DNA of 20,000 nt from an uncultured virus (IMG/VR IMGVR_UViG_2061766007_002278) (IMGVR_UViG_2061766007_002278), one strand, 5' to 3'; counted from the first letter of the stretch, positions 1 through 10,432 are shown. The notes: generated by a model from the sequence alone, not told the origin. A program made the numbers and translations.

Positions 1-2
1 AT

Positions 3-476
3 TTGCCTATTGGCTGTTACTATTCACAATGGTTCTCCAATTTCTATCTTTGCAGTCTCGACCATTATATAAAAGAAAGAATAAACTGTCCTTTCTATAT
101 TCGTTATGTAGACGACATGATATTTGGTGCAAATAATAAAAAGGTTTTGCGTAAGGCTTATTATGAAGCCAAAAGATACATCTTTAATTTAGGTTTAGAA
201 TTTAAATATAGACCTACATTTCGCGAGTTTGTAAATTTTCTGGGTTTCGTTTATCGCCGATGTTTGATAAAATTAAGACATTCAATATTCTATCGCTTAA
301 AACAAACGATAGTTAAAGTGCGCCGACATTTATGTTTCTCGTTAGCGCAGCGACTAATTTCATACTTTTCATGGCTAAAGAATCTGAAAAGCGGATATTG
401 GTTTTATAAAAGACAAATATACCCGACTGTTAAATTGGGGAAATTAAAAACTATAATGTCAAACGGAGGTATCTAA
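3..476 (+). CDS. Reverse transcriptase, DGR-type (5'-truncated by window edge)
   Basis: LPIGCYYSQWFSNFYL..LDHYIKE (motif with the DGR-typical SQ), catalytic YIRYVDD, then NFLGF and a short basic thumb ending SYFSWLK. No maturase-X/endonuclease extension. Confidence 0.9.
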   Translation: MPIGCYYSQWFSNFYLCSLDHYIKERINCPFYIRYVDDMIFGANNKKVLRKAYYEAKRYIFNLGLEFKYRPTFREFVNFLGFVYRRCLIKLRHSIFYRLKQTIVKVRRHLCFSLAQRLISYFSWLKNLKSGYWFYKRQIYPTVKLGKLKTIMSNGGI

Positions 477-477
477 T

Positions 478-684
478 ATGGCTAAAAAGACATTAACATT
501 AGTAAGAGAGCATCCTGCATTAGTTGCCGGAGAAACCAGAGATGATTTAGAAAGGGTTTATGCTGAAGACGAAAATCACAAACGCTATCCTATTAAAGAA
601 AAAGGAACAGAAGAAGTAGTCAGCGAAACATTAATCGCTTATCCTAATGAAGCAGAATTTGAAATCGTAGAAACTAACGAATAA
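478..684 (+). CDS. Small acidic phage protein (68 aa), resembles small proteins that follow tail-fibre genes
   Basis: GGAGGT RBS at 466-471 inside the RT 3' end, clean ORF, followed by a terminator. Family resemblance is from memory only. Confidence 0.75.
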   Translation: MAKKTLTLVREHPALVAGETRDDLERVYAEDENHKRYPIKEKGTEEVVSETLIAYPNEAEFEIVETNE

Positions 685-706
685 TAAAACTCTATAAAAT
701 ACCTAC

Positions 707-737
707 AAAATCCGCTCGTGTTGGGCGGTTTTCTTTT
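707..737 (+). terminator. Rho-independent terminator
   Basis: CCGCTC-gtgtt-GGGCGG stem followed by TTTTCTTTT. Confidence 0.8.
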
Positions 738-915
738 GTCTCGGCTATTTATACCTTTTTGAAAGTTTGGAGCCACATNNNNNNNNNNNNNNNNNNNNNN
801 NNNNNTATAAAAGTATGTTAAGATTATATTTAGTTAATAGGGCTGAAACTATAAAGCGGAAGTCTACCATAAAATTAACGAACCACAAATTTTACAAAAG
901 GAGAAAAGTAAGTCA

Positions 916-1530
916 ATGAAATTTACTGACGAGCAACTAACTAAAATTCGTGAGTCATTATCCGCCAGCGGCATCCCTGAAGATGTAGTGGAATTCACAA
1001 TTAGCGATATTACTGCTGAAGAAGAATCCAAAAAACCTGAAGAGGAAAATAGTCAAGGAGACCCAACCGATAAACCGGAAGAAGGAAACCCTGATGACCA
1101 AAGTGCAGAAAATGGCAATCCAGAAGGAACACCTGCGGAAGAAGGCAACGGCGAACCCGCTCCAGCGGTCGAGCCTGTCGTAGAAGAACTCCCACCTGTC
1201 CCTGAAGGCGCATTACCTCCTCAACCAGAAGAAGTGCCACCAGCCCCAGAAGCCGCTCCTGCTCCTGAAGCAACACCACAAGGCTACGACGACAGCGAAT
1301 TGCGCGGTCTAGTCCAAGAGTTAACTTCACAAGTAGACGAATATAAAAAGGCAAATGACGGCTTGATAGCGCGCATCGACTCTTTAGAAGAGGCATTAAA
1401 AAAGGGTGGTTATCTTGATGATTCCGGCACCACACCAGTTGGCGACGAAACACCAAAGGCTCCGGCCCAAGTTCCAGTTGATGAACCAATCGATGATATT
1501 TTGGCTCAAATCAACTCACACAAATACTAA
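916..1530 (+). CDS. Putative capsid scaffolding protein
   Basis: Very acidic, Pro/Glu-rich low-complexity middle plus coiled coil (ELRGLVQELTSQVDEYKK...). AAGGAG RBS. Directly upstream of the capsid gene. Confidence 0.65.
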   Translation: MKFTDEQLTKIRESLSASGIPEDVVEFTISDITAEEESKKPEEENSQGDPTDKPEEGNPDDQSAENGNPEGTPAEEGNGEPAPAVEPVVEELPPVPEGALPPQPEEVPPAPEAAPAPEATPQGYDDSELRGLVQELTSQVDEYKKANDGLIARIDSLEEALKKGGYLDDSGTTPVGDETPKAPAQVPVDEPIDDILAQINSHKY

Positions 1531-1550
1531 AAAGAAAGAAGGATTAAATC

Positions 1551-3026
1551 ATGGCATTACAAACCATTAGTCAAGTTTTAGCACCAAACAACGCTCCATA
1601 TATTAATGGTGTCGCCGCTCGTGCTAGATGGTCAGCCGCTGTCCTCGTTAATTTATATCAAGAATTAGTCGAAAAAGACGGCAAAGGTATCGACGACAAC
1701 TTCGTTTCTCCAAGCGAAGCAGAAGATAGCGTTCAAATCTTCGTCCACCGTGTGTTACCAAACAACATCCAACCTCGTGAAATCGGTGCTTCTAAAAACG
1801 GCGCTGCCTATTCACAAAACCAACACTACTCCCAAACAGAGACCGTTGGTATCGAAATCTTAACACTTATTGATGACCCAATCCTCATCCCACGTGTTAC
1901 CCAAGATCACATTCCAGTTGATTTATTAAGTCAACATACAAAAATCTTCTCTGGCCGTTTAGCGACAATCTTAAACGGTGCCACCTTTGCTTCAAAGGTC
2001 ATCGCTACATACATCGCTAAATCCAAAGGCGAAGAAATCAATGAAACCGTCATTAGCGCTTCTGACATTTCTAATAATAAAATTTTAAATAAGTATGTCT
2101 ATGCCAACGCTAAATTAGACGAAGGCGATGATGCCCACGGCATTGATATCTTCCCAAGAGATACAAGAATCTGCGTTGTCAAGACATCCTTTGGTCCAAT
2201 CCTTAAAACCGATGGTGTCCTCAAACTTGGTGGCGCAAATGAAGCCTATGCTATCTTAAAAGCGGCTGGTGTTTCTAACGACACAGTCCGTTTAGAAAAC
2301 GATGGTTATATCGGCACAATCGATGGCGTTGAGGTTAGAGAAATCTCCAACCAATCCTTACAACACGCATCCTTATTCCTCGGCTTCCCAGCAGCCGACC
2401 TCAAGAACTCCAACCTCTATGGTTACATCGCATCTTCCTACGCGAATGCTCGTGGTGTCTCCACAGATAAGAGAACCAAAGTGGTCGACGAAGTTAACGG
2501 CCAAGGTATCAGACTCTTACCTTATGTCAAATTCGGTGTTGTGTCTTGGTATCAAAAAGGTAACTCATTCTTAACCGCCGGCGAATACGACCCATTCACA
2601 GGTCTTAAATTATTATTCTCCAGCGTTGCGAGCGACCTTACCTTCAAACTCAAAGCCGCGGGTTCCCGTTTATTCCCAGTCTTCGCTGCTACCGGCATCG
2701 CATTAACAAGCAACACTGCCTTCACATTAGCAGGCACACACGCTTATAATGACTTCAATGTCGAAAATTTAAAAGGCGGCTACTATGTCGTTACAGATGA
2801 TGCAGTCAAGACTGTTGATGAATTCATCCGTGCTTGCACCAAGAGAAACGCTACAACCGGTGCTTTGGAAATTGACTCCAGCACCAATGAAAACGGCTCT
2901 TATGACATCGTTACAGGTGGTTCAAAATCATTTACAACTGCCTTAACAAGCGGTCAATGGGTCAACGTTCTCGCTATCGCAAGCGACGGTTCTTGCTCCT
3001 TAATCAGCAAGCAATATGTCGCCTAA
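1551..3026 (+). CDS. Putative major capsid protein with C-terminal beta-rich extension
   Basis: 491 aa, positioned after the scaffold and followed by a terminator. Highly-expressed-type codon bias (AAC, ATC, TTC, GGT). GYIGTIDGVEV segment resembles the HK97-fold 'G.I.G..V' motif. Confidence 0.75.
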   Translation: MALQTISQVLAPNNAPYINGVAARARWSAAVLVNLYQELVEKDGKGIDDNFVSPSEAEDSVQIFVHRVLPNNIQPREIGASKNGAAYSQNQHYSQTETVGIEILTLIDDPILIPRVTQDHIPVDLLSQHTKIFSGRLATILNGATFASKVIATYIAKSKGEEINETVISASDISNNKILNKYVYANAKLDEGDDAHGIDIFPRDTRICVVKTSFGPILKTDGVLKLGGANEAYAILKAAGVSNDTVRLENDGYIGTIDGVEVREISNQSLQHASLFLGFPAADLKNSNLYGYIASSYANARGVSTDKRTKVVDEVNGQGIRLLPYVKFGVVSWYQKGNSFLTAGEYDPFTGLKLLFSSVASDLTFKLKAAGSRLFPVFAATGIALTSNTAFTLAGTHAYNDFNVENLKGGYYVVTDDAVKTVDEFIRACTKRNATTGALEIDSSTNENGSYDIVTGGSKSFTTALTSGQWVNVLAIASDGSCSLISKQYVA

Positions 3027-3048
3027 TAAGCGAAACTAAACAAAACAC

Positions 3049-3080
3049 AAGGCCACTCTTGAAAAATGGTGGTCTTTTTT
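3049..3080 (+). terminator. Rho-independent terminator after capsid gene
   Basis: AAGGCCAC...GTGGTCTT stem followed by a T run. Confidence 0.75.
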
Positions 3081-3094
3081 AATACAATAAGGTT

Positions 3095-3598
3095 ATGAGT
3101 AAAACATTAGACCTGATTTCAAAACCCTATGACGATGATTCATTAGTATTTAATGAAACCACCGGTCGTTATGAACTAACGATTCAATATTTAAAAAACG
3201 AGTTTGATACCGGCTACAGAACCGATGGAGAGGCGAAAAGGAGGATTAAACTAAACAGTCAAGTTGTTTATTATTATATAAATTTGCATACTGCCTCTTA
3301 TAATCGCCAAGTCGTTAATTTCCTACTCCACAAAACAAAACAAGGCCGCGAATTTTTAAAGGAAATATTGTCTGCACAAATCTACGCTGATTTGCAGAGC
3401 GGCTATAATGACCTTATTTTTAATCCCGCGGTATCTTTCACTGGCCAAGATAAAGATAGAAATGAAATCCGCCGTAATAGTTTATGCGTTGCGGCTGAGG
3501 ATATCTTTACATCTTCAGAGGCCTACTTTGGCATCAATATTGGTTATCTTGGTTATTTCCCTGCAATCTTCTATACTTGGGCGGCACAAAATGTATGA
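3095..3598 (+). CDS. Putative head-tail adaptor/connector protein
   Basis: 167-aa mostly helical protein, first gene after the capsid. Called by synteny. Confidence 0.55.
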   Translation: MSKTLDLISKPYDDDSLVFNETTGRYELTIQYLKNEFDTGYRTDGEAKRRIKLNSQVVYYYINLHTASYNRQVVNFLLHKTKQGREFLKEILSAQIYADLQSGYNDLIFNPAVSFTGQDKDRNEIRRNSLCVAAEDIFTSSEAYFGINIGYLGYFPAIFYTWAAQNV

Positions 3599-3951
3599 TT
3601 CCAACAAACGATGAAAAATACGAATTAAAATTATACAAGCGCCTTAAAAACTCGGATTACCAATGGGAGTCGGCACCAAGCCTTATTTTCAAAGGCAGGC
3701 CAGCAAGCCAAGTGGAAGTCAAAAAATACCGAGTGCAAAAAGGTGTTAACGGAAACACCGACTCTGTATTTGTAAAATCCACAAACCTACCAAAGGATGT
3801 CAGCGTAGGCGACAAGGTTGAGTTTATTGGCAAAATATGGTCGGTCCAGAGTATAGGCTATTATTTCGAGGAAGGCCGCTTTATAAATCCGTCGGTATTT
3901 GATGAAGAGCGCCTTATGGATAGATGTCCAAAAGGAATCAACCTCCAATAA
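3595..3951 (+). CDS. Putative head-closure (stopper) protein
   Basis: ATG overlaps the upstream TGA (ATGA). 118 aa, beta-rich, with VSVGDKVEFIGKIWSVQSI typical of head-closure proteins. Confidence 0.6.
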   Translation: MIPTNDEKYELKLYKRLKNSDYQWESAPSLIFKGRPASQVEVKKYRVQKGVNGNTDSVFVKSTNLPKDVSVGDKVEFIGKIWSVQSIGYYFEEGRFINPSVFDEERLMDRCPKGINLQ

Positions 3952-4028
3952 TAAAGGCCAAAAAAACACTTATTTTTCAAAACCGTGCAAAAAATCTGCA
4001 CAAAACTTAAAAATACAAGGAGAAAACA

Positions 4029-4400
4029 ATGTTAGATTTCAATATAGAGCAAGTGGGCATCGAAGTAACAAATCTTATCAAACGCGCTTCTTGGTTTCCT
4101 TACAAAACTGGGAATTTAAAATTTAACGCTACACAAGGCGCTATGTATGATGAGACTACTTTTAGAATCCACTTTGACTCTAGCGTTGCTCCTTACTTGG
4201 AATATTTGGAAGAAGGCACAGACCCACATAACATTCCTCGTGCGTTTGGCAGACCGCTTCCTTTTGGCACTTATGGCCGATTTAACGGCAAATTTCATCC
4301 CGGTAGTAAAAAGCATCAAGGCTTTATAAAAGACAAGGCTGTGGGCGCTATTATCGATTATATTGTTACAAAATACGAAGGGCAGGTCGAACCACTATGA
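4029..4400 (+). CDS. HK97 gp10-like neck/tail-completion protein
   Basis: PYKTGNLK and APYLEYLEEGT motifs match the P..TG.L / A.Y.EYGT pattern. AAGGAG RBS. Confidence 0.75.
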   Translation: MLDFNIEQVGIEVTNLIKRASWFPYKTGNLKFNATQGAMYDETTFRIHFDSSVAPYLEYLEEGTDPHNIPRAFGRPLPFGTYGRFNGKFHPGSKKHQGFIKDKAVGAIIDYIVTKYEGQVEPL

Positions 4401-5497
4401 TTATATTAAGTGAAGTCGCTCAAAAACTAGAGAAAATATTAAACGGTCAAGACGGCGAAGTAACCGCTACAAATCCAACCGNNNNNNNNNNCGAGGGTTT
4501 TCATATTGACCATATTGAAAAAGCCGACAAGAGCGGCAATTTTATCCCTGTCTTTATTTCTTCTTTAGGTGGCCAATTTAACCCGGTAAAAGGGCTTAAA
4601 CAGGGGTCTTATTCCTTCCCAGTCATTTTCTACTTCCCTGTGCGCTTTAAAGAGGCTTTCTTTGCGCTTGGCGATTTTTTAGTTGATGCCTTTGTCGGCA
4701 CGATTCTAAATTATGGCGATATCAGCGGAAAGGCCGTCTCAAATATTAGCGTGCCACAATTTGGCGAAATCCAAGATTTAGATTTGGGCCAATTTGGAAA
4801 GTGGGTCGAGTCTCAATATAAAAAGCCAATCGAAGTCATGGAGCCTTACCTTACTATGCAGGTCACTTTGTTTTTATCAAACGCGGCTCCGGGCCTTGTC
4901 TACGGCAACGATGTCAAAGTTGATTTATCGTTTACCTACGGTGAGAACACCTATTCAATAGATGATATTAATTGGGACGGTGCGAGTATCCAAAGCAACT
5001 CTCAAAGCCAAAGTGAGCAAGAAGAAGAAACCAACGAAGCGGACGGCCTACCTTTTGGCACCGCTTATGGCTCATCATTCAAAATCTATCCAAACTTGGA
5101 AACTAAAGCAAACGAGGCCACTTATGAACTAGAATCTGGAATCTATGACCCAGATGCGATTTATTATAGAAAAAATGGTGACAATTATGTATATGTCGGC
5201 CACTTAACCGAGAGCCAATATGGTGGTTATCATGGTGCCGGTGTCCTTTTATATGTTAGTGTCCCGATTTACTTCTATAAAGAATTATTAAAAATATGGC
5301 TTGCTGGCAATATCCAAGAAGTTGAATGCAACTTAACCTTTACTATTGCCAATGATGACGACCTAAAATATACGAGAAAATGCTATGTCCAGTCAGTAAT
5401 GGCTCCGATTGAAAAAGGCCAACTTTTCTCGCTAACGCTGTCATTTGCGAAAAAGACCGAATTTGAAGATGAAACCGAGGAAGTAAACAATGGCTGA
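4397..5497 (+). CDS. Tail structural protein, possibly tail terminator fused to a tail-tube-like domain
   Basis: 366 aa at the position where terminator and major tail genes are expected. The C-terminal half has tube-like beta strands ending in GQLFSLTLSFAK. One small N gap. Confidence 0.55.
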   Translation: MIILSEVAQKLEKILNGQDGEVTATNPTXXXXEGFHIDHIEKADKSGNFIPVFISSLGGQFNPVKGLKQGSYSFPVIFYFPVRFKEAFFALGDFLVDAFVGTILNYGDISGKAVSNISVPQFGEIQDLDLGQFGKWVESQYKKPIEVMEPYLTMQVTLFLSNAAPGLVYGNDVKVDLSFTYGENTYSIDDINWDGASIQSNSQSQSEQEEETNEADGLPFGTAYGSSFKIYPNLETKANEATYELESGIYDPDAIYYRKNGDNYVYVGHLTESQYGGYHGAGVLLYVSVPIYFYKELLKIWLAGNIQEVECNLTFTIANDDDLKYTRKCYVQSVMAPIEKGQLFSLTLSFAKKTEFEDETEEVNNG

Positions 5498-6010
5498 TTA
5501 TAATATTTACATTCACGCGATTGGAACAGGCGGCGCTACCAATCAAAGCCCTACTACTCCGTGGTCTCAAAAAAGTGAAGGAGAAAGTGGTGGCGCTTTT
5601 TCACAAACTCAATCACAAACAAGTGGTAATATTGGTGGTGGTGGTTTTAATGCTGTAAAAGCCATTACTAAAGCGGCGAGCGTGGCTCAAAATCCAGATT
5701 CAGTTATATCGGCAGCATTCGTTGCGGCCGCANNNNNNNNNNNNNNNNNNNNNNNGCTTGTGTCAGATTAGGAGTGGCCATTGCAGATAACGTTTTAGAA
5801 TTTCAAGCGTTAGAAACAGGATATTATGGAAATCAAATTAAATGGCAAGATTGGAAACAAGGAGTAAGAAACATTTTTCATCCTTTTTCTTCAGGGATTA
5901 ATGCTTTAAAAACTCAACGTCAATGGGCAATCGAAAATCAGAAACTGACTCAACAACGTGACCTTTTAGGAGATAGTGTAATCAATAGTTACACGGGACG
6001 AGGCGTATAA
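5490..6010 (+). CDS. Short tape-measure/ejection-like protein (~173 aa; single gene split by an N gap)
   Basis: ORF 5490 runs into the gap at 5733-5755. After the gap the frame ACVRLGVAIADNV... stays open to TAA 6010. Gly/Ser-rich N-terminus, Ala-rich hydrophobic middle, helical C-terminus. Confidence 0.55.
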
Positions 6011-6011
6011 C

Positions 6012-8952
6012 ATGAAAATTTATATAAATAATCAATTAGCAAAAGCCGAGATTTTGCCGGTCGATACACCGACACTAGACGAGACGTTGGAGACATTTTC
6101 TTTTGCTTTGATTTCAAATACAAACCCGATTCCTTTAGCGCCTATGCAAAAAGTCAAAGTTGATTTTTTAGGCGATGAATCGGATGTTGCCTATTTTTAT
6201 ATTGTAAGCGATAGCGTGGAGACCTATTCATTAAATCCTCTTCGCTATAAGCACAACTTATCTTGCATCCAAAACACCCGCGCTCTTTCAAAACACCTTG
6301 TTAGAAACTCCTCATTTACACAGCCGGGCTATTTGGCAAAATCCGCATTTAACGCAGAATCGGCATCGCCGAGAAATATCGGTGTCCAAGAAGGAGAAAG
6401 TGTCGACTGGCAACCAAACGGCCAACCGAGTCTTAACTGGGCGAGCGAAAAACTGGCCCTTACAAAAAACGAAAAAATAAAAAGCGCAAAGTTTAATATT
6501 TCTTTTCAATGGTATAGAGAACAAGTCGGTGGAGTCGCATCAAGAAAAGACCTTTATTCTGATGCCCATACTGTTGCCGATATTACGGCCCATGCGGACT
6601 GCTATGACCAATTTGTTTTTAATGATACATTTACTTTGTATTACGAAGATGCGAATGGCACCGGCCACACCGAATCCGTAACAGCNNNNNNNNNNNNNCT
6701 TAATTCTTCTTACGAATTCCCGCGCATTGTCGAATTGGCAAAGCAAGGATGTAACAACTTTGAAATTCGATTTGATAGCACTTCCGTTTTCTCCGCTATA
6801 TATGCTCAAAACCCGGTGGAATATTATCCGGTCCAATATTGGCAGATGCAATTAGAAATCGTGGCCGAGGTATATTGGTGGAATTGCTATGAAATATTGC
6901 AATTATTATTAGAAAGACAAACCAAAAGCGCCAATTATCATTATTATGAACCAAAATTGTTTAAATTACCTGAAACCGGCGAATTGCACGATTTGTTAGT
7001 AAATACAGTTGCTCCTAATTTTACTTTTACCCAATTAACAATGTATGAATGTGTGGCAGATGTCTTCCGCGTATTTGATGCCATATTTACTATGGACGAG
7101 GATGGCTACCTCGGCATCGAGTTTTTTAATAACCTAGACACCGAATTTATCACTGATTCAAATATAAAATTAACAGGCCGCAATTTATCACTTGGTGAGG
7201 ATAAATATACAAACGGACTCGTGACCTACTACCAAGATGCAAGAACGGAGGAAGCCTACCCAAAAGACGGCAGTTTCGCTCCTTTAAGAAGCAGCGAGTT
7301 TGGTGTTCCGGCGCGTAGTGACCACCACTTTATCGTTCCGCACGCCATTGATTCCGTTATTAAATGCGAGGCTATACTTCCTGCTATTAGATATGATACT
7401 AATGTTTATTGCTATGGCGATATTGTTATCGATATTACTCGATTTGTATTAGAACAGAATGTATTTTCAATGCTTAACAAAGGAAACATTACTTCCTCCG
7501 ATTATGAGGGCAGGGTTGTCAAACAAAGCAACTCCGTTTTCTATGTCAAAAACGATAATAAAATACAAGTTGCGTTCTCTTATAAAAACGAATGGAATCT
7601 TACCCATTACTCATTATATAACGCACTAGCGATGGCGCTTGTTAGAATGAGCGGCTACCAAACCGGTGGTTGGCAACCTTTAAGTGAATACGAATCCGAA
7701 GATTGGAGCCTTTTCAAATTGCGCCTCACCTATATAACATCCGTAGACGGAAAAATGAAAATCCACTCATTAACTGAAAAGTATCCGGGCGAAACGTTGG
7801 TCGACCAAAGTAACGGCGCAGTAGACCTTAACAAACTCGGTCTTAATATGCTCGGCCTTTCTTTAAAATTAGGAAACCCAACCTTAAACGCTACTCATAG
7901 AATTACAAGTTGGAATAGAAGAATCAAGCAAGGCCAAATCTATGAATGGACCGTTAATAATGAAAAAACTTTATGGGTCGCAAACGTGGTCAATTACACG
8001 TTCTTTAAAGGTGCGATTCAAGGAAAGATATCATTCGTGCAAAATTTCAATCAACTCGCACTAAGAACCCAACTATTACGCGAAAAGCGCATGACTAACA
8101 TTTCAAAAGAATTAGTTTTGAAAAGCGAAGAAATATTAACTGATTATGTTTACTTTTCTTCTGAGGAATTTGAGGAGATTATTAGTTCGTCCACGTTTTT
8201 TGATAACGAGCAACTCCGTTATTTTATAAGAGATAGTTTTAATATTGTCGGGCCACGTTCAAAAGTGGATGATTTCTATTTATATGATGAAGACGAAATC
8301 GACCAAATTACAGGCGAAGTAAAAGCCGTTTATATTCCATCAGTTAAATACGGCGCGGGTAATACGGTCAACTTTGAAATGTCGTTTGACGAACCAATGA
8401 ATGCCGGAAACCAAACAAAAAAAAGGGCCTCTTCTTGGGCAGGCACAAACAAAATTGTTACTTATCATATTATTTACACCGAAGATACTGATGGCAAAAT
8501 GGTTATTTATGGCGATGAGAATGCCGCAAAAATTAGTTATGGATTCTTGGATAAAGTGAGCATTGTCGCTCCTGTTAATGCGGACCCATATACTGACGAC
8601 TTCCCAATCGCTAACATCCAACTTGGAAGCCCAACACGTCAAGAATATATATCTATTAGAGAATTTGAAGTTTACAAACAACCAAATGAGATATTTGCGC
8701 TCAATTACCAGTTGGCTTTCTTACCAATTCCGGGCCGCGAAAATATCGACTTTATCGGTAATGAATTTATAAATAATAACTGCTTTGTAAAAACAATCAC
8801 GGAGAACAAACTGAAGCGCTCCATTGTGTTTTTTGATACAAAATGCAGCAACCTCGACATTAAGGCTACTAACTATTTTTTGAAAAAAGAAATCACATCC
8901 GTTGATTTGGATTATTATAGTTACTTTTGGTTAGATTTTAGTTTTGCAGCCT
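6012..8952 (+). CDS. Large tail-tip/baseplate hub protein (3' end hidden in gap 8953-9472)
   Basis: ORF of about 980 aa or more, beta/aromatic rich, at the tail-tip position. Confidence 0.7.
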
Positions 8953-9472
8953 NNNNNNNNNNNNNNNNNNNNNNNNNNNNNNNNNNNNNNNNNNNNNNNN
9001 NNNNNNNNNNNNNNNNNNNNNNNNNNNNNNNNNNNNNNNNNNNNNNNNNNNNNNNNNNNNNNNNNNNNNNNNNNNNNNNNNNNNNNNNNNNNNNNNNNNN
9101 NNNNNNNNNNNNNNNNNNNNNNNNNNNNNNNNNNNNNNNNNNNNNNNNNNNNNNNNNNNNNNNNNNNNNNNNNNNNNNNNNNNNNNNNNNNNNNNNNNNN
9201 NNNNNNNNNNNNNNNNNNNNNNNNNNNNNNNNNNNNNNNNNNNNNNNNNNNNNNNNNNNNNNNNNNNNNNNNNNNNNNNNNNNNNNNNNNNNNNNNNNNN
9301 NNNNNNNNNNNNNNNNNNNNNNNNNNNNNNNNNNNNNNNNNNNNNNNNNNNNNNNNNNNNNNNNNNNNNNNNNNNNNNNNNNNNNNNNNNNNNNNNNNNN
9401 NNNNNNNNNNNNNNNNNNNNNNNNNNNNNNNNNNNNNNNNNNNNNNNNNNNNNNNNNNNNNNNNNNNNNNNN

Positions 9473-10217
9473 TAAGTCAATCCGAAACTGCGCTTGCTGG
9501 TATTGTTTATTTAACTATTCAAATTAAAGAAAGTGGCTCACAAAACGTTTTATATAGTTATCGCGTGCCTTTAACTATTAACGAAACCGCAGCGCTTGCC
9601 ACTTATGTAAATATTACTCTTGCTCAATATAATAATATTTTAGATTACATTGATTCATTAACCTTTGATTCTTATGTTCCTTACACCGGTGCAACTGACG
9701 ATTTGGATTTAGGTAATCATAGTTTAATTTCTAATGATGTTTTTGCTAGTTCAAACGTAAATGTTGGTATTGGTGACACATACGTCAGCATTCAAGATAC
9801 TTATATTATTTGTCTAAATGATGGAAATGAAACCGACTTCTTATTCCCAGATACAGGCGAAGTTGAGACTTTTGCTGTTAAGTCGCAATTGCCAAAACAA
9901 GGTGTGTGTGCGTCTTTTAATACAGGAAGTTTTGAATTACAAGCAGGCGGAAATTATGCCGTTTCAAACATTCCGGTTTCTAATTTCATCGCAGGCTCTA
10001 ATATGCTAATTATTACGTGGGGTAATTGTTTCGCATTATGTCCGATTCCTTTAGATGGTAACCCGGGCCGTGTTGCTGCCGCTATGTNNNNNNNNNNNNN
10101 NNCAGATATCAATTAAAAGACAACAACACCAAACTTGATATTAGTTTACAAGGCGGATTTACTCCACCTAGTAATTACACGGTTTACGTCCAATGCATCA
10201 AATTATTTATTGAATAG
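9473..10217 (+). CDS. BppU-like baseplate/tail fibre protein (start hidden in gap)
   Basis: TALAGIVYLTIQIKE...VLYSYRVPLTINE resembles the end of a BppU N-domain, and YVPYTGATDDLDLG is a fibre-type motif. After the small gap the frame RYQLKDNN...CIKLFIE ends at TAG 10215-10217. Confidence 0.65.
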
Positions 10218-10234
10218 CAAGGAGAATCTGGCTT

Positions 10235-10429
10235 ATGAATAAAAAATATATACAAATCGAAATCGAAAAAACACCGGTCGTAATCGCTGAAGTAAAAGAA
10301 TGCGACCCAGTCGAATTTTTGAAAAAGAAAAAAGCGGCCGCTGAAACTCTAGAACGAATCATTGGTTCCCTTTTAGGTCGAATTGAAAAACTAGAAAAAG
10401 AAGTCTGCATTTTGAAAGGGGAGGATTAA
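10235..10429 (+). CDS. Small coiled-coil phage protein
   Basis: AAGGAG RBS, 64 aa, C-terminal heptads LLGRIEKLEKEVCILKG. Confidence 0.7.
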   Translation: MNKKYIQIEIEKTPVVIAEVKECDPVEFLKKKKAAAETLERIIGSLLGRIEKLEKEVCILKGED

Positions 10430-10432
10430 TCT

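Noticed and set aside
3..476. Group II intron or retron interpretation of the RT
   Set aside because: No domain V/VI-like intron end or endonuclease domain downstream, no retron VTG motif, and the SQ motif favours DGR.
685..915. Template repeat (TR) downstream of the RT
   Set aside because: No AAY-rich tract and no matching VR seen elsewhere in the window. The region is explained by a terminator and the late leader.
1030..1280. Short imperfect repeats (EEGNP, PAPEA) in the scaffold gene
   Set aside because: Low-complexity coding sequence, not a CRISPR array or DNA-level repeat.
1010..1489. 159-aa antisense ORF, and other shadow ORFs such as 2302, 6540, 8340, 13320, 15947 and 17729
   Set aside because: They overlap well-supported genes on another frame or strand, with no RBS or recognisable motif.
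3985..4001. GTGCA-N7-TGCAC palindrome before the gp10-like gene
   Set aside because: Single short dyad, no second copy and only a weak promoter match.
8938..9527. Long ORFs spanning the 520-N gap, including the 1171-aa length for ORF 6012, and similar ORFs across 11373-11806
   Set aside because: They are open only because N codons contain no stops. True boundaries are hidden.
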